From: Bacteroidaceae bacterium | Lineage (GTDB): Bacteria; Bacteroidota; Bacteroidia; Bacteroidales; Bacteroidaceae | Assembly (NCBI GenBank): GCA_017526905.1 | Contig: JAFXQT010000090.1 | Span: 6,927-70,926 of the forward strand | Length of the DNA stretch: 64,000 bases | Direction: 5' to 3' | Shown: positions 15,047 to 23,199 of the stretch, piece after piece | Position numbering within the stretch: position 1 is the stretch's first letter | How the letters are laid out: every line of letters starts with the position of its first letter | Program-made: the position numbers and the translations under genes | The notes under the pieces: model-generated | What the model was told of the DNA's origin: nothing | The model's database searches: none | What the model saw: only the letters and a program-made list of their open reading frames with translations

Positions 15047-16539
15047 TTCTTCTGATTTAACGATTCGACAATAGGTTTGCGTAGTGAGGTCCATGACGGT
15101 ATGAGGGCGACCATGAGGTTGAGGACGACGCAGCAGAGGAAGACGATGAGGAAGAGCGTGGGCGTGACGAACATCTTGGGGTCCAACGTGATATCACCTG
15201 TGAGGTTGCCTTCGCGGAGGATGAACGCCTGGAACAAGGCCGTATGACGGACGGCAAGGTAGAACAGCCAAGAGAGCACCCAACCCACGAGACCTCCGCA
15301 GCACGTTAGGACGAGGTTCTCGCGAATGACCTCGCGCAGCAGCGTGCGCCGCTTGGCTCCGAAGGCCTTGCGGATACCCATCTCTGCCCGCCGTGCTTCC
15401 ATGCGGTTGCTAACGAGACCGCTGAGGTTCAGGGCTGGCAGCAGCAGGAAGATAAGCATCAGGATGGCTGGCGGCATCAGGTTCTTGGCCTTGTCGGAAG
15501 TGGACTCATCATCGGAGTGGAAGAAGGAGAAGCACACGAAGAAATGTGACTTAGCATCCAGGGTGAAGTGCACCGGCTCACCTTCAACTGAACTCTGTGC
15601 CGCCTCATAGCGTCGGCACAGCGGCTCCAGCTCCTTCAGGAAGTCATCGCGCGAATAGCCCTTCTTCAGCAGCACACGCACGCTGAGGTTCCCTTGATAG
15701 TTGCTAGGATTAGATTCGGTATAGCTCAGACTCTTGCCAAGGCTGGGGACATAGATCTCTGCGTATGAAGTATCCATCAATGGGCTGGTTCTCTTGATGA
15801 CACCGATGATGCGGTAGGGGACGGAGTTGATGTAAATAAAAGAGGAGGAGCCCACCCCTAACCCCTCCCCAAGGGAGGGGGATTCGTTTCCGCTGGTATT
15901 TCTCTTTTGTTTTTTTTCTGCCACTTTGGACTCCCCTCCCTTGGGGAGGGGATGGGGGTGGGCCGATTCAAGGTGGGCCACCCCTATCTTTTCCAACAAC
16001 TTATCCGTCACCACACACACCTGCTCGCCATTGCGGAACTCCTGTTCGTTGAAAGGGCGGCCTTCGAGGAATTGGAAGTCATAGAGTTGAAAGAAGCGGT
16101 GGTCGCAGAATATGGCCTTCACGGAGTTTTGGGGGTTATTGGATACTGCCGATATGGAATCAACTGTAATCTCCCGATAAGGGTCCACTCGCAACCCTGT
16201 TGCCACCTCCACGCACTCCAGCTTACTGAACAACTCATCGACGGCCAAGGTGCTGCAGCCTGAGTAGAGTGGATCGCCTATCTCGCTGTCTTTGTATTGC
16301 AAGGCGGTGACATACAACGTGCGGTCGCGATGCTTCTCCGGGTAGATATTCGCCATCTTGACATTAAGCAGGATGGCCACTACCATAGCCGAGGCAATGG
16401 CCACCGCCGTGCCCGCGACGTAGATGGCGGAGAACAACTTGTCCTCACGGATGAGGGAGAAGGCGTGGGAGACCCACCCCCAACCCCTCCCTGTGAGGGA
16501 GGGGAGTAGATAGTCTTTAACCCAAAATGATATGTTCAT
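15043..16539 (-). CDS. ABC transporter permease, FtsX/MacB type (A-type paralog, A3)
   Basis: N-terminal TM motif LFSAIYVAGTAVAIA. MacB-like periplasmic domain. C-terminal FtsX block (FGAKRRTLLREVIRENL). It contains a complete 114-bp GC-rich element in-frame. The ATG lies inside an intercistronic element. Confidence 0.8.
   Translation of the reverse strand: MNISFWVKDYLLPSLTGRGWGWVSHAFSLIREDKLFSAIYVAGTAVAIASAMVVAILLNVKMANIYPEKHRDRTLYVTALQYKDSEIGDPLYSGCSTLAVDELFSKLECVEVATGLRVDPYREITVDSISAVSNNPQNSVKAIFCDHRFFQLYDFQFLEGRPFNEQEFRNGEQVCVVTDKLLEKIGVAHLESAHPHPLPKGGESKVAEKKQKRNTSGNESPSLGEGLGVGSSSFIYINSVPYRIIGVIKRTSPLMDTSYAEIYVPSLGKSLSYTESNPSNYQGNLSVRVLLKKGYSRDDFLKELEPLCRRYEAAQSSVEGEPVHFTLDAKSHFFVCFSFFHSDDESTSDKAKNLMPPAILMLIFLLLPALNLSGLVSNRMEARRAEMGIRKAFGAKRRTLLREVIRENLVLTCCGGLVGWVLSWLFYLAVRHTALFQAFILREGNLTGDITLDPKMFVTPTLFLIVFLCCVVLNLMVALIPSWTSLRKPIVESLNQKK
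15850..15963. repeat. complete 114-bp type-b palindromic element inside permease A3 CDS
   Basis: GCCCACCCCTAACCCCTCCCCAAGGGAGGGGG - 51 nt (including T8) - CTCCCCTCCCTTGGGGAGGGGATGGGGGTGGGC. In-frame, translated as HPHPLPKGGESKVAEKKQKRNTSGNESPSLGEGLGVG. Confidence 0.9.
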
Positions 16540-16616
16540 ATAATAATCTTTTTGCTAATCTGCACTTGAAAGTTACCACTCCCCTCCCTTTAGGGAGGGG
16601 CCGGGGGTGAGTCTGA
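16471..16616. repeat. composite type-b element filling the ATPase/permease-A3 junction
   Basis: Arms at 16471-16509 and 16576-16616 are inverted copies, ~80% identical by eye. The A3 ATG (16539) lies in the spacer. The ATPase stop (16617) abuts the outer arm. Confidence 0.8.
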
Positions 16617-17435
16617 TTACTGAATCTGCCGTCCATCCAAGAACTTAATAATCCTGTCCGTCTGCTGGGCCTGCTTCTCGTTGTGCGTCACCATGACAAT
16701 GGTGCGGCCGTCCTCTTTGTTCAGCTTATGCAGCAGCTCCATAATCTCGGCACCCATCTTCGAGTCGAGGTTACCTGTGGGCTCGTCGGCGAGGAGGATC
16801 TCGGGGTTACCGATGATGGCGCGGGCGATGGCTACGCGCTGGCACTGACCACCTGAGAGTTGCGTTGGGCGGTGCTTCATTCGGTGTGAGAGGCCTACGC
16901 GGGCTATGACTTCCTTGGCCAAGCGTGTGCGCTCGCTGCGGCCTACGCCACGATAGATGAGGGGCAGCATCACGTTGTCCAGGACGTTCAGCGTCGGGAT
17001 GAGGTGGAAGCTCTGGAAGACGAAGCCCAGCGTGCGGTTGCGGATCTCCGCCAGGCGGTTGTCGCTCATGTGCGGGTCGATGCGCTGTCCGCACAGTTCT
17101 ATCTCGCCGCTGGTGGGTTCGTCCAGCAAGCCCATGATGTTCAGCAGGGTCGATTTGCCGCAGCCCGAAGGTCCCATGATGCTCAGGAACTCACCCTTCT
17201 GCACTTCGATGTTCACGTTCTCCAACGCCTGTGTCTCCACTTCGTCGGTGCGGTAGATTTTGTTGATCTCAGTGAGCTTAATGGAAGACCCTCCTCCCGA
17301 GGACTCTCCCCCCGCCCTCCCTTGTAGGGAGGGAGCAGATACCATTTGACCGTTAGCGTTCTGCTGGGTTGTCGAATTCGCTTGTTTGTTTGGTTGGTTA
17401 CTTACTTGGTTGTCGGAATTAACTTGAGTATTCAT
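16617..17435 (-). CDS. ABC transporter ATP-binding protein (MacB/LolD-like)
   Basis: Walker A ([12 protein letters not shown]), signature ([14 protein letters not shown]), Walker B ([11 protein letters not shown]) and H-loop (VTHN). A ~50-aa Q/N-rich N-terminal extension ending in [13 protein letters not shown] is repeat-derived. Confidence 0.9.
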   Translation of the reverse strand: MNTQVNSDNQVSNQPNKQANSTTQQNANGQMVSAPSLQGRAGGESSGGGSSIKLTEINKIYRTDEVETQALENVNIEVQKGEFLSIMGPSGCGKSTLLNIMGLLDEPTSGEIELCGQRIDPHMSDNRLAEIRNRTLGFVFQSFHLIPTLNVLDNVMLPLIYRGVGRSERTRLAKEVIARVGLSHRMKHRPTQLSGGQCQRVAIARAIIGNPEILLADEPTGNLDSKMGAEIMELLHKLNKEDGRTIVMVTHNEKQAQQTDRIIKFLDGRQIQ

Positions 17436-17539
17436 ACTTTTAGTATTTATTGGTTATTAACTTGTTCCTAATTTACTTCTATTCTTGAAAGGTGACCACT
17501 CTCCTCCCTACAAGGGAGGGGCTGGGGGGGGGAGGGTCC
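17301..17539. repeat. composite type-a element filling the fused-permease/ATPase junction
   Basis: Arms: GGACTCTCCCCCCGCCCTCCCttgtAGGGAGGGAGC (17301-17336) and its inverted copy with complementary loop acaa (17496-17539). The ATPase ATG (17435) lies in the spacer. The fused-permease stop (17541) abuts the outer arm. Confidence 0.85.
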
Positions 17540-17540
17540 T

Positions 17541-20060
17541 CTACTCTTCCTTTATTGCCTCCGTTATCCTCGTCCTGCTTATCCTCCACGCAGGGATTGC
17601 CGTTCCGATGAGCACGGTGCCTAATATAATAAGGTACACGCACGCGGAGACGATGAGGAAGTGGGTGCCGAAGCTGTCGAACCAGAGGTTTTTGGGACCA
17701 TCGGTGACGAGTTCCCCAGTGAAGAGCCCCTTGGAGGCCGCTATCTGGAAATAGATGATGCAGCCGAGAACGACGCTGACGGACGTGAGCAGCCATGCTT
17801 CGCGCAGGAAACCGAGGAACACGCTGCGCCGCGTGGCGCCGAAGGCACGCCGCACGCCAGCCTCCTCGCGCCGTTGCTGTGTGTACATCAGTAGGGAACC
17901 GAAGACACCGAAGGCTAGGTTCACGGCAAAGAAAGCTGCTATGAGCAGGTTGCGGCGGTTATGACCGTTCACACCGATACGCTCCGTCCGTTGCTCCAGA
18001 GCTTTCTGGCCTGGCTGCATCTGGCGTATATAGAGGTGTTCCGTCACCAAGCCACGCATCAGCTGCTCTCCACGCTCCTCGATGAAGCGGGTGGCATTCA
18101 CGCCATCGCGCAGCCGAAGAATGATTGGCGGCGTTGTCGTTCCTTCGGTGGTGCAACGGAACACCATGGAGCGGTCGCGGTCGAAAGCGTCGGCACGCAC
18201 GTCCTCCACCACGGCACGGATGCGATAGGGTTGCCAGTGCTGCTGCTGTCCGTCATCCCAATCCCAGAAGTAGCTCTGCACCTGTCGGCCGGCCACGTCT
18301 GTAGTGCCGAAGAGCGCTGTGGCAAAGGAACGGGTGACGATGATGTCCCGGTCATACTCGCAGCCCTGCGACAGCTCGCTTGTGGGCACGCCGGGCGTGA
18401 TGGACTGAATACCGAATATCTCGAACAGCGGAGAGCCCGGCCGGAACGAGTAATGGAAGGCGGTGAGTGTGTCGCCATCGACGCAATACTCGCGTGCTGT
18501 TGTTGGAGAGTAGAACACGGGAGCCACGCCGTCGGCGACGTATGCCCTCTCCACTCCCTCACACTCCTTCACCTTTTCCAGGAGGTGGTGTATTTCGTCG
18601 TCGTAGGAATAGATTTGATGGTCCGACTCCTGCTGGCGATAGCTGCTGGCGATTTGCAGTTGCACCACCTTCTCGGCATCATAGCCCAGAGGCATGTGTG
18701 TGATGAAAGCGTTCACGGTAACGGGGTCGAAGGTCCACCAACAAACCACTGTCACGAGCGTGAGTTCGGCCGCCAGCCACACCTTCGAGCGCCATCCGCC
18801 GCCTTCGCCCTGCTCCTCTTTCATCATGCCCTTCACAATGGGTTGTCTCAGGCTGAGCCAGGCAGGCAGTGCCGCTGCCAGCAGGTTCAGCAGCAGGCAT
18901 ACGAGCAATGCTGTGAGGAAGATGGCGGGAGCAAAAAGCATCTCGCCTTTCAACACAGGCACCGTCGCGTAGATGCCATTGCGGGTGGCGAAGAGATCAA
19001 AGACCCAGTCGCGCCAAGCGTAGATGGCCATCCACGCCAGGAAGAGTCCTACGGCGCCGCCGATGAGCGTCAGCCGCAGATTCTCCTTGATGACCAGCCT
19101 GAGCAGCGTGCGCCGCTTGGCACCGAAGGCCTTACGGACGGCCATCTCCGGCAGACGGTGTTGCATCCGGGCGGCCACCATGCCGCTGAGGTTCAGGGCC
19201 GGCACCAACAAAAGCAGCAGGATGGAGAGGGCCACGTACCACCAGAGGCTGTGGCTGTTGTCCGCCAGGAATACGGCGGTGAGTCCTTGCCACACGCTGG
19301 AATAATGCGATATGACAGAGGATTGAAGATCAATGGGAGTGTCTGTATTGACGCTGTTGTAGCGTGCTTGCACCTCCTTCAGTTCCTCGAAGAAGGCCTC
19401 GCGCTTGTCCTCTGCTACGGCAAAGCGAACAGCGAAAGGGACGTTCTCATAGGTTAAGGTAATCCCATTCACCACGAATACACCCTCGGCCATGTACGGC
19501 AGGTAGATGTCGGCACAGCAATTCTCTGTCAGCACCGATGGCGTTTCCACGATTCCACAGATGCGGTATTCCCGGTTGTTGAGCACGAGCGTTCCCCCCT
19601 GTTCCAATCCTTGTCGCCTGGCCAAGTCCTCGGTGACGACCGCCACGCAGCGGCGGCTGTCCATATCGTCCTCGGTGAACGGCGCCCCGCTTACGAAGCG
19701 GAACTGATAGAAGCGGAAGAAGGCAGGGTCGGTGACGATGGCGTTCACGCGGCGGTCGCGCAGGCCGTCGTGTTGCCGAATATAGTAGTTTTCCGGGTTA
19801 TAGAGCTGCGCCACCGCCGTCGCGCAGTCCGGAGTCTGCATCGATGTGGTAAGCTCGTGCTGAAGCCAGTGCCCTATCATCGTCACTTCTTTCTTATTCT
19901 GAAGTGAGGCAGCAAAGTTCATCGTGTACGTCCGGCTGCGGTTCACCTCTGGCGCGATGTCGGCCACTTTCACGTAGTAGATCTCGGCAATGACCATCGT
20001 GAAGGCGATGGCGATGGCGGTGCCGAGGATATAGATGGTGGAGAAAAGCTTATTATTCAT
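17541..20060 (-). CDS. fused double FtsX/MacB-type permease (A-type half + B-type half)
   Basis: 839-aa ORF. Residues ~1-405 align with A-type permeases (LFSTIYILGTAIAIAF ... FGAKRRTLLRLVIKENL ... LRQPIVKGMMKEE). Residues ~415-839 align with B-type permeases (LAAELTLVTVVCWWTFDPV ... FGATRRSVFLGF ... AWRISRTRITEAIKEE). The start overlaps the upstream stop by 8 nt. Confidence 0.8.
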   Translation of the reverse strand: MNNKLFSTIYILGTAIAIAFTMVIAEIYYVKVADIAPEVNRSRTYTMNFAASLQNKKEVTMIGHWLQHELTTSMQTPDCATAVAQLYNPENYYIRQHDGLRDRRVNAIVTDPAFFRFYQFRFVSGAPFTEDDMDSRRCVAVVTEDLARRQGLEQGGTLVLNNREYRICGIVETPSVLTENCCADIYLPYMAEGVFVVNGITLTYENVPFAVRFAVAEDKREAFFEELKEVQARYNSVNTDTPIDLQSSVISHYSSVWQGLTAVFLADNSHSLWWYVALSILLLLLVPALNLSGMVAARMQHRLPEMAVRKAFGAKRRTLLRLVIKENLRLTLIGGAVGLFLAWMAIYAWRDWVFDLFATRNGIYATVPVLKGEMLFAPAIFLTALLVCLLLNLLAAALPAWLSLRQPIVKGMMKEEQGEGGGWRSKVWLAAELTLVTVVCWWTFDPVTVNAFITHMPLGYDAEKVVQLQIASSYRQQESDHQIYSYDDEIHHLLEKVKECEGVERAYVADGVAPVFYSPTTAREYCVDGDTLTAFHYSFRPGSPLFEIFGIQSITPGVPTSELSQGCEYDRDIIVTRSFATALFGTTDVAGRQVQSYFWDWDDGQQQHWQPYRIRAVVEDVRADAFDRDRSMVFRCTTEGTTTPPIILRLRDGVNATRFIEERGEQLMRGLVTEHLYIRQMQPGQKALEQRTERIGVNGHNRRNLLIAAFFAVNLAFGVFGSLLMYTQQRREEAGVRRAFGATRRSVFLGFLREAWLLTSVSVVLGCIIYFQIAASKGLFTGELVTDGPKNLWFDSFGTHFLIVSACVYLIILGTVLIGTAIPAWRISRTRITEAIKEE

Positions 20061-21387
20061 CTTTCAAAGCCTCGTTGATATTCGTTCTCGTAATGCGCCA
20101 CGCCGGAATAGCCGTTCCGATGAGCACGGTGAGTAATATAATAAGGTACACGCACGCGGAGATGACGAGGAAATGGGGCCAAAAGTGGTCGGGCCAGGTC
20201 ATGTCCGAGGGGATGTTGACGAGTCGCGGAACATAGAGCTTTTCGCTGTAGGTGAAGCCGTTCTCGAGGGTGGAGTAACCGCTGTGGGCGTAGTTCAGGT
20301 AAATGATGAGCCCGACGGCAACAGCGGCGGTTGCGAGGGCGGCGTTGCGCAGTAACATCTCCCAGAGCAGACGCAGTTTCGTAGCTCCGAAGGCGCGGCG
20401 GACGCCACACTCCTCTGTGCGGCGCTTGGCGTGAAACCACACGGTGCCGATGACGGCCAGGCAGAGGTTGACGAGGAAGAAGAGGGCGAGGGCCAGACTG
20501 CGGTTTACCTCCTGTGTGCGGCCGTCGTCGAGCTCCAATTGCTGTAGGTGGTCGTCGTAGGTCATGAGGCGGCTGACACGGGTGTAGTTGGTGCGTGCGT
20601 TGCGGATGAGGTCGCGGCCGTGCTCCTCCACGAAGCGTCGGGCGTCCACGCCATGCTTCAGACGGATGACGAAGCGGCAGCGGGTGGTGGTCAGGTTTTC
20701 GGGTTGGAAGATGAGCGAACGCATGTTGTAGCCCAACGACTTGCGGATGTCCTCCACCACGCCTGCCACCGTCACCTCAGACTCTGGGTTGTAGCAGAAC
20801 GTGAGGCGACGCCCCACCACATCTGCGGAGCCAAACAGCGCCATGGCACTGGTACGTGTCAGCACCACCTTCTGCTCCGACCTTTTGATACACGAGAGCT
20901 CCTCGGCCGACGGGCTGCCAGGCAGGGGCTGCAGGCCGTAGGTCTCGAAGAAGTGGGAGTCGGGGATGAAGGCGAGCCAGCCCATATAAAGCGTATCGGC
21001 CTCGTGGCGACATGGGGAATAAGTCTCGTTGGTATGACCGATAGACCAAAGGTCCTGGTCGTAGAGATAGGCTGATTCCACGCCCTCCACGGTCGTGAGC
21101 TGGCGCGTCATCTGCTGCCGCCGTTCCTCGGTAATGTTGTACGGATCGCTCATCTCCTCTTCCGATGCCTCCTCTGATGGGCTCACGGTACATTCGCCAT
21201 AGAGCAGGCGGTTGGTGTCGTAGCCAAGGGGCAGACTGCGATAGTAGAGGTTGACGACGGCGGGGTCGAAGACCACCCAGGCAACGACGGTAATGATGAC
21301 GAGCTCGAGGAAAAGGACGGACTCTCCCCCCGCCCTCCCTGTTAGGGAGGGAGCGGAATGTATTTGACTGGCTGTATTCATTTTCAT
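20053..21387 (-). CDS. ABC transporter permease, FtsX/MacB type (B-type paralog, B1)
   Basis: B-type N-terminal TM (LFLELVIITVVAWVVFDP) and C-terminal FtsX block (FGATKLRLLWEM ... AWRITRTNINEALKDE). The first 23 codons (MKMNTASQIHSAPSLTGRAGGES) lie in a GC-rich element. Confidence 0.8.
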   Translation of the reverse strand: MKMNTASQIHSAPSLTGRAGGESVLFLELVIITVVAWVVFDPAVVNLYYRSLPLGYDTNRLLYGECTVSPSEEASEEEMSDPYNITEERRQQMTRQLTTVEGVESAYLYDQDLWSIGHTNETYSPCRHEADTLYMGWLAFIPDSHFFETYGLQPLPGSPSAEELSCIKRSEQKVVLTRTSAMALFGSADVVGRRLTFCYNPESEVTVAGVVEDIRKSLGYNMRSLIFQPENLTTTRCRFVIRLKHGVDARRFVEEHGRDLIRNARTNYTRVSRLMTYDDHLQQLELDDGRTQEVNRSLALALFFLVNLCLAVIGTVWFHAKRRTEECGVRRAFGATKLRLLWEMLLRNAALATAAVAVGLIIYLNYAHSGYSTLENGFTYSEKLYVPRLVNIPSDMTWPDHFWPHFLVISACVYLIILLTVLIGTAIPAWRITRTNINEALKDE

Positions 21388-21480
21388 TTATGTTTTATTG
21401 TTCATTTAATCTTTTTAAGTGTTTACCATCCTTGAAGGTATTTGCTCCCTCCCTAACAGGGAGGGCGGGGGGAGAGTCCG
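21319..21480. repeat. composite type-a element filling the permease-A1/B1 junction
   Basis: Arms: GGACTCTCCCCCCGCCCTCCCtgttAGGGAGGGAGC (21319-21354) and GCTCCCTCCCTaacaGGGAGGGCGGGGGGAGAGTCCG (21443-21480). They are near-perfect inverted repeats. The B1 ATG (21387) lies in the spacer. The A1 stop is at 21485. Confidence 0.9.
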
Positions 21481-21484
21481 TTTT

Positions 21485-22825
21485 TTATTGCTTTTCCATC
21501 ATTGATTGGACAATAGGTTTACGCAAGCACCACCACGCAGGCACGACGGCGGCGAGGAGGTTGAGGAGGAGAATGGCTGCAAAGGCGCCGAGGAAGAGTG
21601 CGGGAGCAAAGAGCATCTCACCCGAGACGAGGGGTGCTGAGCTGAGGGTGCTGTTATCGAAGAACATACCGAGAATTTCACGGCGGAAACCATAGATGGC
21701 CAGCCAAGCGAGTACAAGTCCGATGATGCCTCCGATGGTTGTCATCACCAGATTCTCCCACACCACCTGATGTAAAAGCGTGCTGCGACGTGCTCCGAAG
21801 GTCTTGCGCACAGCCATCTCTGCCGACCGTCGCTCCATGCGTCCCGCCACAATGCCGCAGAGGTTCAACGCCGGCACGAAGAGCAACACGAAGAGGATGC
21901 CCGCGTAGTGCCGAAAGAGCTGCCAACCCGAAGGCACCTCGAACTCGCCATCGCGGTTCTCTGCGCGCAGCACGTGCATCGGGTGCGTCGCCATATTCCT
22001 TGTCAGTACCATCTTCATTTTCACTCCTTCGCCGAAACCGAAATTCGAGCAGATGTCGGGATTCGTTTGCTGAATACGTGCCGCCACTCCATCGAGTTCA
22101 GTCTTCAGCGCTTGTAAGTGCTCGTTGTCTTTCACTGTAGCCACGATGGAGAATATGCCTTGGTAAGGCGAGCCGCCACAGAAATCCACGAGGTTATAGG
22201 GTACGATGAAATCGGCATAGCTGTCGGGCGTGAGCTGACTGCCGCTGCGCACCACGCCCACCACACGCGCCTCGTTGAAGTTTTCCAAGCCGACCATTTG
22301 CCCCACGGCGTCCACGCCCTTGCCGAACAGCCGCTCAGCCAGCGCATCGGAGATGACACAGACTGACTCATGCCCATCCACTTCTTGTTTCGTGAAGGGC
22401 CGTCCGCTCACGAAGTCGTACTCGTAGATCTTGAAGAAGTCGGCGTTGGTCCAATTCCTGACGACGTCGAAGTACTCATTGTCGAACTTAGCATATTCGT
22501 GGCTGCGGCTTTCAGACTTTCCCGTGCCAGCGGCGAGCAGCGTGGGGGCGCAGTACTCGATGTTCGGGCTGGCTGCGAACCACTCCTCGAACGCCTTCGG
22601 GCTAAAGCCTGTCTTTCCCATCCCGCCGTTCTCGGCCTCGATGTAAATGCCCTCGAAATAGACCGTCCGCGCCCGGTTCCTCTCAGGGTAGATGGGCGCC
22701 AACTTGATGTAATACACTACGGCCATCACCATCGTGAAGGCAATGGCCAAGGCCGTTCCCACGATGTATATGCCGGAGAAAAGCCGTTCCTCGCGCAGCA
22801 GGGCGAGGGCTTGGCGAAAATACAT
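21485..22825 (-). CDS. ABC transporter permease, FtsX/MacB type (A-type paralog, A1)
   Basis: A-type motif LFSGIYIVGTALAIAF and FtsX block FGARRSTLLHQVVWENL. I chose the start at 22825 (MYFRQALALL). The ORF is open to 22906, but that extension (MNSERMNSNK...) is encoded by a CATTCTTTC repeat array. Confidence 0.75.
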   Translation of the reverse strand: MYFRQALALLREERLFSGIYIVGTALAIAFTMVMAVVYYIKLAPIYPERNRARTVYFEGIYIEAENGGMGKTGFSPKAFEEWFAASPNIEYCAPTLLAAGTGKSESRSHEYAKFDNEYFDVVRNWTNADFFKIYEYDFVSGRPFTKQEVDGHESVCVISDALAERLFGKGVDAVGQMVGLENFNEARVVGVVRSGSQLTPDSYADFIVPYNLVDFCGGSPYQGIFSIVATVKDNEHLQALKTELDGVAARIQQTNPDICSNFGFGEGVKMKMVLTRNMATHPMHVLRAENRDGEFEVPSGWQLFRHYAGILFVLLFVPALNLCGIVAGRMERRSAEMAVRKTFGARRSTLLHQVVWENLVMTTIGGIIGLVLAWLAIYGFRREILGMFFDNSTLSSAPLVSGEMLFAPALFLGAFAAILLLNLLAAVVPAWWCLRKPIVQSMMEKQ

Positions 22826-22883
22826 GATGACTTTACTGTTCATTCTTTCCCCGTCGGCAAAACCGACGAGCACACTTTTATTA

Positions 22884-22950
22884 CTGTTCATTCTTTCACT
22901 ATTCATTCTTTCACTTCTCTTTCTATTCTCATTCTTTCTATTCTTCTTTC
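22884..22950. repeat. tandem array CATTCTTTC-like
   Basis: It lies between permease A1 and the permease remnant. A further copy is at 22835-22850, next to the hairpin CCGTCGGCAAAACCGACG. Confidence 0.8.
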
Positions 22951-23108
22951 AATGCCTCAGTGATCTCGCTGCGGCAAATCCTCCAGGCAGGTATTGCGGT
23001 TCCGATGAGCACGGTGCACAATATAATAAGGTACACGCACGTGGAGACCACGAGGAAGTGGGAGCCGAAGCTGTCGAACCAGTAGTGGATGTTGGGATTG
23101 TGGCCCGA
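22938..23108 (-). pseudogene. 3'-terminal remnant of a B-type FtsX permease gene
   Basis: My hand translation of the minus strand gives SGHNPNIHYWFDSFGSHFLVVSTCVYLIILCTVLIGTAIPAWRICRSEITEALKEE*. This aligns with the last ~55 aa of the B-type permeases (e.g. WFDSFGTHFLIVSACVYLIILGTVLIGTAIPAWRISRTRITEAIKEE). There is no upstream coding sequence, and tandem repeats flank it. Confidence 0.65.
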
Positions 23109-23111
23109 GCG

Positions 23112-23138
23112 CACTTTTCACTCTTTTCACTCTTTCAC
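23112..23138. repeat. tandem array CACTYTTT
   Basis: CACTTTTCACTCTTTTCACTCTTTCAC, between the sigma54 -12 element and the permease remnant. Confidence 0.8.
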
Positions 23139-23141
23139 TAC

Positions 23142-23157
23142 GGCAACAAGCATGCCA
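23142..23157 (-). promoter_or_regulatory. sigma54-type -24/-12 promoter
   Basis: Minus strand reads TGGCATGCTTGTTGCC. This gives GG-N10-GC spacing and matches TGGCAC-N5-TTGC at 10 of 12 fixed positions. It lies upstream of the ABC operon, and the locus encodes a sigma54-dependent activator. Confidence 0.6.
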
Positions 23158-23199
23158 AAAATGCATTTCGTTGATTCTGAGCATAGTGCACAATGACAA

